Source of the DNA: Amoebidium appalachense
Lineage: Eukaryota; Protista; Ichthyosporea
Direction: 5' to 3'
Length of the DNA: 64,000 bases
Assembly (NCBI GenBank): GCA_963693365.1
Contig: CAVNZM010000001.1
Coordinates: 21,088,125-21,152,124, forward strand
Position 1 is the stretch's first letter, and each line of letters begins with the position of its first letter. The notes under the pieces are model-generated. The model saw only the letters and a list, made by a program, of their open reading frames with translations, was not told the DNA's origin and ran no database searches. A program made the translations under genes and the position numbers. This document shows, piece by piece, positions 36,104 through 62,741 of this stretch.

Positions 36104-37500
36104 ACGCTGCACCCGGCATCCACCTGCGGCCGTCAGTGGGGAGGGGTCACTAACACCCCCCCACCCAGGTGTAATCATTCGAGAGTCCTTCACATGTGTC
36201 CATTCCGCATCCATCTAGATCTTACTCCTCCTATATATAATATACTCCTATATATAATATACCTATTTACCCTCTTGTTCGGCATACATGTTCTTTCTAC
36301 CAGTGCAAGGCATTGAGCACCATATCTAATATTATTGATGAAGTTTTAAAAACATTCCATGCCATACCCATCACTCGTGTACTCATTCTGTATTCAACGA
36401 GGTCTCTGCCATAGTATTGTATATCCAGCCTGTTCGTTTTCCGAAGTATATATCCAATACCATATTTCATTTCTACTTGTTCATATCCGGCATGACATTG
36501 TTCGTTCTGGAGTATAACATCACATGTAACTTCTAATACTCAGCATTCTCTCTAATTCAAATCACATATCTAGGTCTATCTACTCATGATAAGCCTATCC
36601 CCCAATTATTGCAATTGCACACCATCTCTGGATATATCTAGTTATATCCAGCCTCGTTTTCTTTCTATCATTTATTCCTACGGAGACATCCCAACATGAT
36701 TCCATATTCCATAGCCATTTAACCCCAACAGGCGCTTCACCAAGAATACGGGCAGTGAAACCAGGATTTTCCCGGTAGCCAGTAAGATTCACTTCCGAAT
36801 ATCTGCGGCGCAATGAACACAATGGTTCATTGGTTATATCCCGTGTCTCGCCATATCCTCCCTTATGTATGTTTTTTCTCATATATAACTGCGCAGCTGT
36901 CATTTTTCTGACACTGGCCATAGAATAGGCAGATGGCATCTAGACACGCCGCAGTATGTTGGTCTAGGGAGTTCCAGTTTCTGTTCGGTTGTTGGCATTT
37001 ACACGCTATCCCAATTACACGTACTTTAGACTATTTGCTAAATATCAAAAAGTATGATCATGATATGTTCTCTGTGTTTTACTCTTGCATTGATAACCGT
37101 TTAGTAATTTGATCGACGTAGCCGAGCCTATACATGAGATTTTCGAAGTTTCACTGTTGCATTTTCCGTTTAAAGTTTGGTATATCTTGTTGGATATCCG
37201 GTAAATCTATCTATGCATGACTATCTCGTTGTGTGTATGGCGATTGTACTTTATATCCATTCTTAACGTTCTCTGTCTGATGCCCCGATCCGAATAGAAT
37301 CTGTGCCGGCCTGACACACACGAACACAGAAACACGCGCACACGCACCCATTGCACAACACCACCAACAACCGGACCCCATTCATTTCTCTTTATGGACA
37401 TCAGTCACTTCCACGGTCTTCGGGTTTTCTAATGGTCCTGAACGATTATTGTTCTCGAAATGTCTAAGCTGGATTTCAAATGTAGGGTGTGGAGCCACTA
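35131..37500 (-). pseudogene. AT-rich degenerate coding-like region (possible decayed gene or foreign insert)
   Basis: Composition differs from host exons. GGATAT (Gly-Tyr) recurs on the minus strand, with fragments such as QCHAGYEQVE, NGYQC and DGYGMEC broken by stops. 21-bp and 22-bp tandem repeats at 35150-35450. Confidence 0.3.
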
Positions 37501-37586
37501 CTATTGTCCGTGGGCGGGGGGAGTAGGGGGGGGGGGGGGGGGGGGGAGGGGAGGGGGGGGGGAGAGGGGGGAGGGAGGGGGGATGG

Positions 37587-37617
<31 letters not shown>

Positions 37618-38551
37618 ATTTCGCCCAGAAAAACGCGAACCCTTCTCCGACTCTCCGAGTCACTTAGTGTTCCCAGACACCTGGGCTTGTTGTAAATGAA
37701 TTTAACCAGCTGTTTTGGATATGATCTATAAGCCGAACTGCTGTAGGTTCATTGAGCCCCCCCCATCCCCCCCCCACCCCATCCCCCCCACCCCCTCCCC
37801 TCCCTCCCCCCCCCCCCCCCCGCCGGGGGGTGTGGGGGGTTTTTTTTTTGGGGGGGGGGGGGAAGGAGGGGTCGGTCGAGCACTGTGTACTTTTTGATGT
37901 TGTGCATCGTGTGGGCAGAATGTGGAAGAGAAAGGGGAATCTCCCTAGAGCAGCCCTTCATAATGTTCAGATGGCACCCAATTTCCACTGGCTGTAATCG
38001 TTTGCACATCCGGAACATCTCAAATGTCGGAGAATGCTAAATGAGCCACTAGCACTCTGTACACAACAGACTTTTCTGGCCAGGAAAGTGCAGTGCTAAC
38101 GGAGGTTTGTGCCAGAGGGTGGGTTTGGGAGGATGTGGGGTTTGATGCTCCCATCTTCAAATTCCATTATGTTCAAATCGTTCGTTTGTGAGCGCACTTA
38201 AAGGGAGGGGTTGAACTTTGGGGATAGAGAGTGATAAGGACTGGGGGAATGGGGGGGGGGGGTGGAGGGGGTGGGGTGGGTGGGTGGGGGGTCTCAAATA
38301 ATGGCACACGTGTTTTCTGGTACTGCCTGCCACGGGCTGGCCGGTCGCTCACGTCTATATTTAGCATCAGTTGGTCATTACAAATACAGGGAGTCGCAAC
38401 CACGTGCGACTTTTTCACACATGTTCACAGTCATTTCAGCAAGCACATACGAAAACTGGGCACCAAGCCCAGGGCACAAAAACTAGCGTCACATTCAACT
38501 CTGTCTGTCGTCATTCACTACTTGTTATTTGCTCATTTAAGTATTGCACGC

Positions 38552-39196
38552 CTACTCGCTGTCGTCAAGCCTGGTCAGCAGCCAGTCCAGCACGTCCGGC
38601 TCCAGCGCCACAGGTGTGTCGTCACATTCGTCGGCCAGCAGTGTGTCGAGGTCCAACGCAGACAGGTCCACGTCGGCAAGCAGCTGCTCGATCGAGGCAG
38701 CCGGTGTCTGCAGTGAGGCCTGCGACTCGCACGTGCTAGAGGCGGGGCTGTTGAGCGAGAACGTGGTGTCAGACTCGTCCCCACTGGAAAACTCGCCCAT
38801 GTCTGCGACGGAAACACTGCTCTTGGGGCTCTCTGGTGGGCGGATGTTGTTGTGCTTGAGGCGCAGGTGGTTGAGCAGGGAGCTCTCGCTGGCGTAGACC
38901 TTGTCGCAGCCTGGGTGCCTGCAGCGCACATTGCGTACAAGCTCCTTAAAAGATCGGCGCAGCCGGGGCTTCTTTGTTGCCGGGGAGCCCAACACACGTG
39001 CCTTCCGACTTATGATCTTAGCAAGGAACGGGTTCATGGCAGGCTGTGCCGGTGTGTAGGCGAAAGTCTGAGGTGCAACGTAGCTGTGTGCATAACTGCC
39101 TGCATACATGCTGCCCATCATCGACTGATCGTACCCATCATAGCCCATGCCGTAGTACCCCTGTGAGTAGTTCATGGCTGACATACTGCCATACAT
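38552..39196 (-). CDS. Single C2H2 zinc-finger transcription factor (Con7-like), 214 aa, intronless
   Basis: KKPRLRRSFKELVRNVRCRHPGCDKVYASESSLLNHLRLKH is a basic region plus C-x4-C-x12-H-x4-H finger. Tyr/Gly/Met-rich N-terminus and acidic-hydrophobic C-terminus. Confidence 0.85.
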   Translation of the reverse strand: MYGSMSAMNYSQGYYGMGYDGYDQSMMGSMYAGSYAHSYVAPQTFAYTPAQPAMNPFLAKIISRKARVLGSPATKKPRLRRSFKELVRNVRCRHPGCDKVYASESSLLNHLRLKHNNIRPPESPKSSVSVADMGEFSSGDESDTTFSLNSPASSTCESQASLQTPAASIEQLLADVDLSALDLDTLLADECDDTPVALEPDVLDWLLTRLDDSE

Positions 39197-39249
39197 GGTT
39201 GCTCGTGTGTTTGCTTGCGCGCAGAGTGTTGTTACTGTACAAATAGCGT

Positions 39250-40830
39250 GAAGCGTTGCGCCCGTGGCGTCGTCAAATAGTCATAAGCACGTTACTCGTA
39301 ATGATAATGCGAGTGGCTACAACTGAGTTCGTGCAACTTCGTGCACTGCTTTTTATACCCGCCACTCCAGACAGATTCCTCTTTATCTATCAACTGCGCG
39401 CTGATTGGTTGACGCCCAAATGGGCGTTCCGAGCCATTCCGCCGCCCATCATCCATGACGGCCACGCCGCCACAGTGACTCAGAAGGTCGAAGCTTCAGG
39501 CGGGATATCGGTCTCGCGTTTTGACCATTCTATATTGCATGTTGTTTGTAAATTAATACATATACATGTGTATATGGTTGGTTTAATGAAAAGCTCGCCT
39601 TCTTTTCTTGCCAGTATATTTGCGCATGCCTCATTATGCGTGCGTTGCACCCAGCAGCACGGCATACTATTTGTGATATGATATGCCCCTTTTAGATTGA
39701 TACCAGATGATCACCTCGGCTCCAGGTACTTTCTCTGCGCTGATTGGCGCAAGGTCATTCATAGATGTATCCATAAGGCTCCAGGCAGTACGCCAATCGC
39801 TCACACTGAGCCGTTCTGGTGCTCGCTAAACCAATCAAGCGTTGCACCCCTTGAAGTTCGATCTTGTTGGCACGTTTACAAACGTGTGCCGCCTATTTAG
39901 TTTCAAATGCTGTATCCACGCACGCAATTTGCGCTAAAGCGCTGAAATAAACGCTTTCTCATCATGTAACTAGGTATATAAGGTAATTGCTGACAACGTG
40001 GTCTGTTTGGCCATACTATGTACTATAAAATTAAGGTCACTATATCAGTGGTAGCGACGGCACAGTGAGATACAAACAGTTTCCACAGATCTGTCTTGTG
40101 GGCCAAAACCACTGGCGACCAATCATCAAGCAACACTCCTTCGGCCTCATTCCTTTTGTCACATGCGATGCATTCCTTTCGCCCATCGATAGACTTCGTG
40201 AACCGATCAATGGGCCACGGCCTTCAATGAACCTGTTCACACAACGGCTTGGAGTCAAAGCCAACTCTCTTCTGATAACAGTACTAAGATACTGGACTAT
40301 AAGTGTTATAGAATGGCATAAATTCATTAACGTGTGCGACGGATGTATATGTGATGTGGTTTAATACACATAATAGCCCAGGGTAAAGTGCATAGGTTCA
40401 ACGTTATCACAATCACATTATCACACCTCGCTTCAGAAGTTCAGGCTATCTGACAATCAGTTGATTGGTCGTAGTGATTCCCGCCCAGCCCAGATCCACC
40501 AATCAAAACGGACGCTGTATTCCTGCAGCGCTGGAGGCCAATCAGCGCGTGGGAGCTTCGTGGGGCCACGGCAAGCCACGGCACTGTGCCGTTGTTTGTG
40601 CGTTGGGCCACACTGCGGCGCGGCGGAGCCACGCGACTGTGTGTAGCCCAAACGTGCAGCCACGGCTGCTGCTCGTGGCCAGTGCGGCCGACAGCCCGGC
40701 ATAGCAATGGCCCAGCACACGCAAGCAACTGGCCAGGGCTGGGGCCTGCTGCCAGCTCGGCTGCCAGTAGCTGGTGGCAGCAGTCGCAGCTGCATGCGTC
40801 AGACAAGATCTATGTGGGCGAGTCCCGGCA
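39250..40830 (-). promoter_or_regulatory. Extended CpG-rich regulatory region upstream of the C2H2 gene
   Basis: Minus-strand TATAAAAG at about 39350-39357. CCAAT/ATTGG at about 39402, 39741, 39794, 39831, 40119, 40463, 40499 and 40538. Repeated GCCAC(G) motifs; no microsatellites. Confidence 0.5.
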
Positions 40831-41260
40831 AACAATTAATATTATCTTCCAAATTATCCAGGCCCTACCACTCGATAGCTATAGGTAGGTTGCAGTGTTG
40901 TCGATAACTGGCATAGGCCTAGGCAACACAGCTTCACATACGAATGGCAGCCTACTACACATACATGCGCATCAGGTGGACCGTATGGACACATCCATGG
41001 CCAGTCTGCGGCACATGCACACACAAAGCACATGTCACCACACACACATCCATGTGTGTGTATGCGGCACTGCGTGCGCGCATGAGAATCCACGGTGCAT
41101 ATGCAGTATCATAACACTCATACCGTCGAAGAATACGACAGTGCACACCTGAGAACCCGTGGCCACAAGCACACATGTACTTGTCAAACACAGACGTCTC
41201 ACAGACACGCTGTTCAAGTGATACACACACAAACGCACACGCACACGCGCACGCGCATGC

Positions 41261-42312
<1,052 letters not shown>

Positions 42313-42322
42313 GGCACAAAGT

Positions 42323-42779
42323 TAGGGCCCAACAACATAGATCGGCAGAGTCAATCTGCAAAAAGCAGAATTATTTTGAGAAAGGCAGAATTATTCTGCA
42401 AATAGCGGAATTACTCTGCAAAAAACAGAATTATTCAGCAAAAGCAGAATCACTCTGTTTTTTGTTTTTTTTTAAGAATTATTCCGCAAAAGCAGAATCA
42501 CTCTGCTTTTAGCAGAAATATTCTGCTTTTAGCAGAAATATTCTGCTTTTAGCAGAATCATTCCGCAAAAAGCAAAGTTAGTAGCAGACTAGTTCTGCTT
42601 TTAGTAGAATAATTCTGCTTTTAGCAGATTGATTCTGCTGTTTGCAGAATAACAGAATCAGTCTGCTTTTCAAAAATATTTCTGGTTTTACCAGAACAAT
42701 TCTGCCTTCTGCAGCATATTTCTGTTTTTTGCAGATTAATTCTGCTCGGAGAAAGTTGACTCAGCCGATGTGGTCGGGT

Positions 42780-42783
<4 letters not shown>
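42323..42783. mobile_element. 461-bp MITE-like element with an internal GCAGAATTATTCTGC array
   Basis: Left TAGGGCCCAACAACATAGATCGGCAGAGTCAA is an imperfect inverted repeat of right TTGACTCAGCCGATGTGGTCGGGTTCTA. The interior is a run of GCAGAAT/ATTCTGC motifs in both orientations. Confidence 0.7.
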
Positions 42784-42824
<41 letters not shown>

Positions 42825-43041
42825 ACACAGGCACACACACACACGTGCACACGCGCACACCCGCGCACGCACGCACACACACACACACACACATACAGCC
42901 ACAACCACACATACACGCGCGCGCGCGCGCGCACATGCGCGTGCGCGCGCACACACACACACACACAAACACGAACACGTGTGCACACACGCACGCACAC
43001 ATGCTCTAGCGCGCACCGTGCACACACACACACACACATGC

Positions 43042-43095
<54 letters not shown>

Positions 43096-43776
43096 ACACG
43101 CACACACACATAGAAGCACACACGCTGCACACCCGCACCATGGTGACCGGGCCTTTCCGACAGTGGTGAAGGAGAACAGCAGTGCAGCGCAGATCGCCTC
43201 TAGCTAGAGCACTTTGATGTTTACGCTGTGACGTTTAGACAGCCCGAGGACCGGACAACACATCAATTCAACCAGTGGCTAGCAAATATTTATGTTGCAA
43301 ACAGGATCCTCGAGTATGCGCGACTTTGAAAAAACACGCACAAAACATAAACGAGGAAAGCCAACAACTGATGTGGGCAGTACATGGGTTTTTGCACAGC
43401 CACTTCGATCAATTTATTTTATGTACATACACACATTCTCACCTGGGTGCATGATCTAAAAGCGAAAAGATTGCTACTGGCCACTCTTGATGGTCGAGGT
43501 GGTGGGGATGAGGTTAAGTAGAAACTATTGGACTCAAAGGCATCAATGAGCCCCTACCTCAAAACGTACCTGTAAGGATGCATAGGCGAGGATTGGGGTG
43601 ATTATTGCAGGAAATCTTAAATCTCGCTTGCCACTGAATACTAAAATATCTAGCACTACAGTAGGACCTTCTCTGAAAGCGGTCCATACGAATAATAAAC
43701 TCACAGCAACACTGCTAAGCCAACCGTCTAACCACAGCAGTGTATCACTGTTCATACTGTACCTGCAGGTGTGTAC

Positions 43777-43819
<43 letters not shown>

Positions 43820-44259
43820 ACACACACACCTTTTTATTTGTGTTGTATGTAACCACCCCAACTTATGTAAAGCTTTGCACATCACCAACTCCGGGTAGTT
43901 ATGCATGGCTCCGGGTAGACTAAGTTATGCATTGCTCCATAACTCTATCGCTGTCGTGTTACAAGAAGCAACTCGGCCTAATCAGAGTACGGCAGGTTAT
44001 TTTTACATGCATGCAGTGCGCACGAGGGGAGTTAAACTGAAAATCTAATGAGGAGGCCTAGAAACGCTTCTTGATATGCATGTTTGGCAAGATATTGCTG
44101 CCAGCACGGATAGTCTAATAGCTATAATAGCTGATTTTATGCCGCAGGAGAAGCTGCAGGAAGCTTGCCCTGCAGCCGATGTGAATACATAAAAAAAAAC
44201 AGTGTGAGCCCCGAATCGATCCCCCCCCCCCCCCCCCCCCCCCCTGCACTCTCTCTCCC

Positions 44260-44290
<31 letters not shown>

Positions 44291-44603
44291 GCACTACATG
44301 CTGTCTGCAGAAACCTTCCGCTGTGCATGGCTGTCGACCCTGCAAATTCAGACCCAAGCTCCTCAACTGGTGCGAACGGATTTTCCAACCCCCCCCCCCC
44401 CCCCCCCCCCCCCCGGGGACCCCCCCGGCCCCCCCCCCCAAAAAGGCTTATTGCATCTCTTGCGAGGAAAAGGGCGACCCCCTCTCCCCTGGGAGGGGTG
44501 GAAGTTGTCGGGAGTATGTGTCCTATTAGGGGTGGGCGAGGGGGGGGGGGGGGGAGGGAAGGAGGGAGGAGGGGCCCGGGGAGGGGGGAAGCGTGTGGGT
44601 GGG

Positions 44604-44641
<38 letters not shown>

Positions 44642-44787
44642 GGGTGATATTACGTTTTAGGGTGGCAGACGATCAAGCACCTGGGCCACTCTGTGAGGGT
44701 GGGAATAAACTCGGGAAAGGGGCAGATGAGTAAGGATCAACCCACGTTAAAAGCAGGTCGAGGTGGAGGGGAGAAGGAGGGGGAGCT

Positions 44788-44873
<86 letters not shown>

Positions 44874-46181
44874 GGGGAGGGGAGGGGGGGGGGGAGGGGG
44901 AAGGGGGAAGGGGCCCCTAAGAGCACCTTTGAAGTGCACTGTACTTAGGGCGAGGGGACTCACGGAAAACTCGCCTTTAGGCTGTGTGTTACATTGTGCG
45001 TGTTTTTTTTTTTTTTGGTCAATATGTACCTGCAATATCGCGCGCAAGGGTGTGCCTGTGTGCACGTGGATGAGCAACTGTCACATCCCGGATCCCAATT
45101 CGGCTTTACCCCGCTCCATGAAATGAAAACAATGTGTGTTCTTTACAACTGTACGTGTGTGCAATGCTCTCTTGATGATGTGGGTTGTTGCGTGCCAAGC
45201 GTGCTTGCTTTTCTTTTGCCCTGCAGCGGCCGTCCGACGATGATCGTTAGTGCAAACACGAGCCTCAGTGAGCCACTGTTACCAGGTTCGAGTTCGTTAG
45301 GTTCTCTGCTGTGCATGCGTGCATTCTGTGGTGCTTTTAAGTACTGCACATACAAGTGCATGCCTGAGTGTGTTTGTGTATCGCAGCCTGTATTAATAGG
45401 ATACGACAGCCAGAAAACTACCCGTTCAAAATGGTTAACCATCAGGCCGTTGTCTTCAAGGCCCCGATCGGCTGCAGCAAGTTCAAGCCTTCCATTACCA
45501 ACCTCCCCCCTCCCCTCTCCCCCCTCCTCCCCCTCCCCCGGCTCCTTCCCTACCTGAATACGCGCTGCTATATTCAGCCCACGTGCACAAGAAAGGGGGT
45601 GAAAACAACAGTCAGCTGGTCCGCGGAATATTTCGGTGACAATCGTCCGGTTACGCGAACACCAATGAACATGTCATAGAAGCTGTTGATACAGGGTGCA
45701 CTATGTCTACATCTACCAATGTTAAGATGCTTATAAAATATATGTAGTTTTATACGAATCAAACAAGGGTACTATAATCTTTTAAAACAATGGTGTAGGG
45801 CGCTTAAAATGGAGAGTTGCCATTGGGAAGGGGGGCAAATATTACAAAAATAGTTCATGGATAAAGTTTTTAATACAGGGGCAACGTTTCCACTAACGCC
45901 TTACTTGATTATATTTAGATAATACAAATAAACAAAAATTTATTGAAAACATGAAATACAGTGTGCTACTACCTGTTAATTATATTATATTTCAGAAACA
46001 GTTGTGAGCCATTTGACCTAAATTTACCCTTCTCTAGATCACAGGCATTCAGCATCCATCGGGGTATATAAAGAAGTCGAAGAAAGTTGTTGGCTTGCTG
46101 TTTGGTGTGAGAGCAATGCCAGCGAGTTTTTCTGGCTAACTAAAGTTTGTAAATCAAAAGTATAGTCATATAAACGCCATT

Positions 46182-47429
46182 ATGAGTAGTGCCATTACCA
46201 AGGTGCCGTGGGGCCGCTACTGCGACAAGGTTGTGCAGGACTTTGGTGGTGGCTTTGTGATGGGCGCTGTGGGCGGAGGGCTGTACCACTTTGTCAAGGG
46301 GGTTGGCAACTCACCGGGCCTGCGTGTAGGTGTGGGAGCAGGCCTTAACGCCATGAAGAAAAGGTATGGTTGTGCGGTTTTCTACCTTTTGTTACTCATT
46401 CATCCTGTTGTTTCGCCATGCATGACAATCGAGATTGCGTCCTTTGCTAAAGGTGCACGTGCCTTGTTACTAGTTGTCGTTTTCTTACTGACCTTGTAGA
46501 TCTGGATGAGGAGGAATCGGAGGAGCACGAATCTCACTACATAGCACGAATCTCACTACATAGCACAGGGATCAGCTTAAGTGGCTAGAAGGTTCGACGT
46601 ATGTCGCTTATTTTCTTTCTTCTCTTTTTTTGGCATACTTTCCCACGATTTTCAGATTGAAATCAAATTTTCGTCACGATTCGTTTCCTATTTCTCTGTA
46701 CAGGATTATGATAGCCAAGTGGTAGTTCAGCTTCAGAATCCAGGATGTGGTAGTCACTTTGAGTTCTGTCTCCCTGCGGCTTTGAGATACTTCGTATGCT
46801 GCCATCCCGCAGGGTAATATAAATTGCAGTATAGCCTAGGCCTATGAGCCAGCGGGACACTCCTAGGAGACCAAGAGAGTGGGGCTGTGTGATGTTTTGA
46901 GGGTGTTAAATGGATATATATATATAGACTCGGCCTAGTGACTAACGTGACTTTGCGCTTTGCAGAGCACCCGTGATTGGGGGCAACTTTGCAGCATATG
47001 GCGGCATGTTTGCGGTGTTTGAGATTGGAATAGCACATGCTCGCCAGAAGGAGGACAGCATCAACGCCATTGCCGCTGGATTTCTGACAAGCGGCGTACT
47101 GGCCTGGCGCCTGGGTGCCGGCCCAGCCCTCAAGCAGGCCGTGTATGGAGGTGTGTATCTGCAGGGCTGCCTAAAAACATTGCGATAGACATAATTTGGT
47201 GCCTTTTTGAGGTCCAACTAGCCTGGAATGTGGGTTGTGCGCATATTAAGGACATTGCGAGTATTGGGCCTTTGTTTGTGAGTATAATAATTGGTTGTGT
47301 GCTGACCCGTGTGCTGTTGCAGCGGCCATCCTTGTAGCCATCGAGGGAATCAACCTTGCCATCATAAGGGCTGTGGCTGCACGCACCCTCCTGGCCAACG
47401 TCCCCGTAAACAGAATTATCCGTCACTAG
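46182..47429 (+). CDS. TIM17: Tim17/Tim22/Tim23 family protein, closest to Tim17; exons 46182-46363, 46966-47150, 47323-47429 (3' end may splice on to about 47584)
   Basis: DFGGGFVMGAVGGGLYHFVKG.GNSP; RAPVIGGNFAAYGGMF; RQKEDSINAIAAGFLTSGVLA; ILVAIEG. TATATAAAG at about 46065. Confidence 0.85.
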
Positions 47430-49082
47430 TAATTACCAGCTATCATTAGTCCATTTGTGTGCGAATGTTTCGACGCCACGTGTGAACCACATGCACCTGG
47501 TCCAATCAGACAAATGAATGTCCACTACTTGGCCTCTGCTACTGGTTACGTGATTGGAACGAGACTTGCGATACTATTGGCAGGTGGGTCTGGTGCAGTC
47601 CATTTACGAGGGGATGAGGACACAAACATTGATGAATGCAAAAGTATGCTTGAAAGAATGTATCGGAAACATGCATGGATTGGTAGAGCCAACCAGCGGA
47701 CTGTGTCCGATGAAGCGAATGAATGATGTACAAAACTAATCGAGTGGAGCCATGTGTTCATTTCCATGTGGGTGATGATGCCACCATCTGGATGCATACC
47801 ACCGGCATGCAGCGAGCACTCGTTCTAGAATCCTACAAAGGACCGTATGCATGTACCTACACTGCGTGCTACATGTGCAATGCATGCATGCACTTGCCAC
47901 ATGCACATACATTTGCTACTGTGACACGTGCATGCATTCGTTACATGTGCATGCATTTGCTACTTGCCCATCATGTATTTGCTAAATTTGCTAAAGGTGC
48001 ATGTATTTGCTACATGTGTATGCATTCATTTGCTACTGTGCATATATCCATCATGCGCGCATGTGTGACTCAAATGACATGTGCAAAAAAATCTATCAAG
48101 TGTCACCTGTATGGCGCCTCAGCAGGGCACACCACACACATGCGCAGGCCAAATAGTCTTATTACTAAGCCTCGTGACACGTGCACATGTACACGGACCT
48201 GCGAATGGTAGACTGTCTTGGATCCCACCATGTGCTCGGCCTTTAAAAACTCTCCGTGCATACACAGGTGTATAGCATGGCCAGTGTTCTCACATCCTGT
48301 CCATCAACTTGAGGCGTACATCCCTGTGCTCGAGGGCATCTCCGTAGAGAATATCCCACTTACTGATCGATATCGAACACTATTAAGATTGGCCGTGCCC
48401 GTATGCACTCACCTGGCAGCCTCCCTAACACTAAATGCTTGTGGACGGGAACATTACATCCTAGCCCCCCTCCCCCCCCTCCCCCGGCCAAAAAAACAAA
48501 AAAAAAAACATTGCAAGCACGGGGACCGGGTGCCAATTATCACGGTACGTTTGCAATCATGTGCTCATGAATGATACACAGAGCTTGGTGCGGCCCTCCT
48601 TGCCTGCATGGTGTCACGTGTTGGCCACACACTGCCACGCCAGGTGGTGTGCGTGCACGGCTATGGATATGCCCCCTGGGCATGGCTAGGGGCTGCCTGC
48701 AGCCTGCATTCATCTATGTACACTGTATATATACCTTACTAGAGTTCGTTATCGAAAGTAGCCCCCCCCCCCCCCCCCCCCCCCCCCCCCCACCCAAAAA
48801 AAAAATCAAAAAAAATCCACAATGTTCACCCATTCAAACTACACCTGATACAAACAGTGAAAAAGAGGCTAATAAACGTAATAAATAGATCAAATATCAG
48901 AACCCCAAACTAAAGCCTGTACAAAGGAAGCACACTCACACCGTGCGTTTGCAATATATTCATACATTCTAACAGCCCACCGGCACGCCGTAACGTCCAT
49001 GTGGCCGCATACATTCCATAGCAAACACGTGTACACATTCATGCCATGTGTGGGTGCCACGTGACTGTCACACCCACGTGAT

Positions 49083-61764
<12,682 letters not shown>

Positions 61765-62741
61765 CCTCGGGTGTGGCCCACAGGGCAGCTGCTAGGGGGA
61801 GGGAGGCCGCACTGAAGCCCGAATATGGTGGGGTCAAGGGCACGCAGGGGCCGGGCTGTGTGGGCGTTTGGCAGGCAGCAGGCACAGAACAGCGAGCACA
61901 CAGCAATCGGTTTAGTAGTGGCTACACCGCACCACCTGGGGTTGCAAAGAAATGCACAAGCTATGCCGGCTAAAAGAATGGCATGTTATAACGCGTCCCT
62001 CCTAAGTTCCTTTTCTGCCGAAACATCACTAGCTAAGGCTTTATCCGACTGAAGGACCTTGAAGCAAGGCCTCCTTATCTTCCAGAGGCCTTGCCGCAGC
62101 TGTGAGTCACCCTAGAGTCACCCTAGAGCCGATGCAGATCTAGCCAATGGCTGGCCTCATGCACAGACCAAATATAGCTACTCGTGTAGCAACCAATCGG
62201 ATACAGTTGATGGCGCTGATAAGCCCTGAGCCACAGTGCCACTTTGCCAGCCTGGCCACGGCCATCTTGGTGTGTGTCTTGAGTCGGCCTGTTCACCGAC
62301 CTCAGCTCGTTCCGTTCATTGCCGTTTACTTATTTCTGCACCGGCCCGTGGCCGGCGCTGCCTTCGAAATAGCATTACATGAGGCTCCTTTATATATTCG
62401 ACGGTGCACCCGCTAGACCTTATCTATTCAAGCATATATGGCAAATACAATACGCAGCCGACATCGAACTGATACCGTTCACCACCAACACCAAGGACCA
62501 AATATGCGGAATAGCCGCTAACACAGTAAAGACCAAGACAAACAGGAGCCTGCATGAACATAAAAGGCAGAGACACATCTGGAGGAGGTCCTAACAGGGT
62601 TTACTTTAAGCGTCAATAGTCGGATATTTCAACAAGTTCAGTATACGAGCTTCGATAGTTCATAGAAATCAAAAAGGAGTACTAGTCTTTCGCACGGTGT
62701 GTCTATTGCATTCGTAGATGGTTGTTGGTGCATGATGTGGG

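Noticed and set aside
45280-45300. B-box-like GGTTCGAG (also about 12377 and 11872)
   Set aside because: No A box or cloverleaf around them; not called as tRNA or SINE.
46524-46566. 19-bp direct duplication in Tim17 intron 1 (also an 11-bp duplication at about 62104)
   Set aside because: Simple local duplications with nothing between the copies; no further evidence of function.
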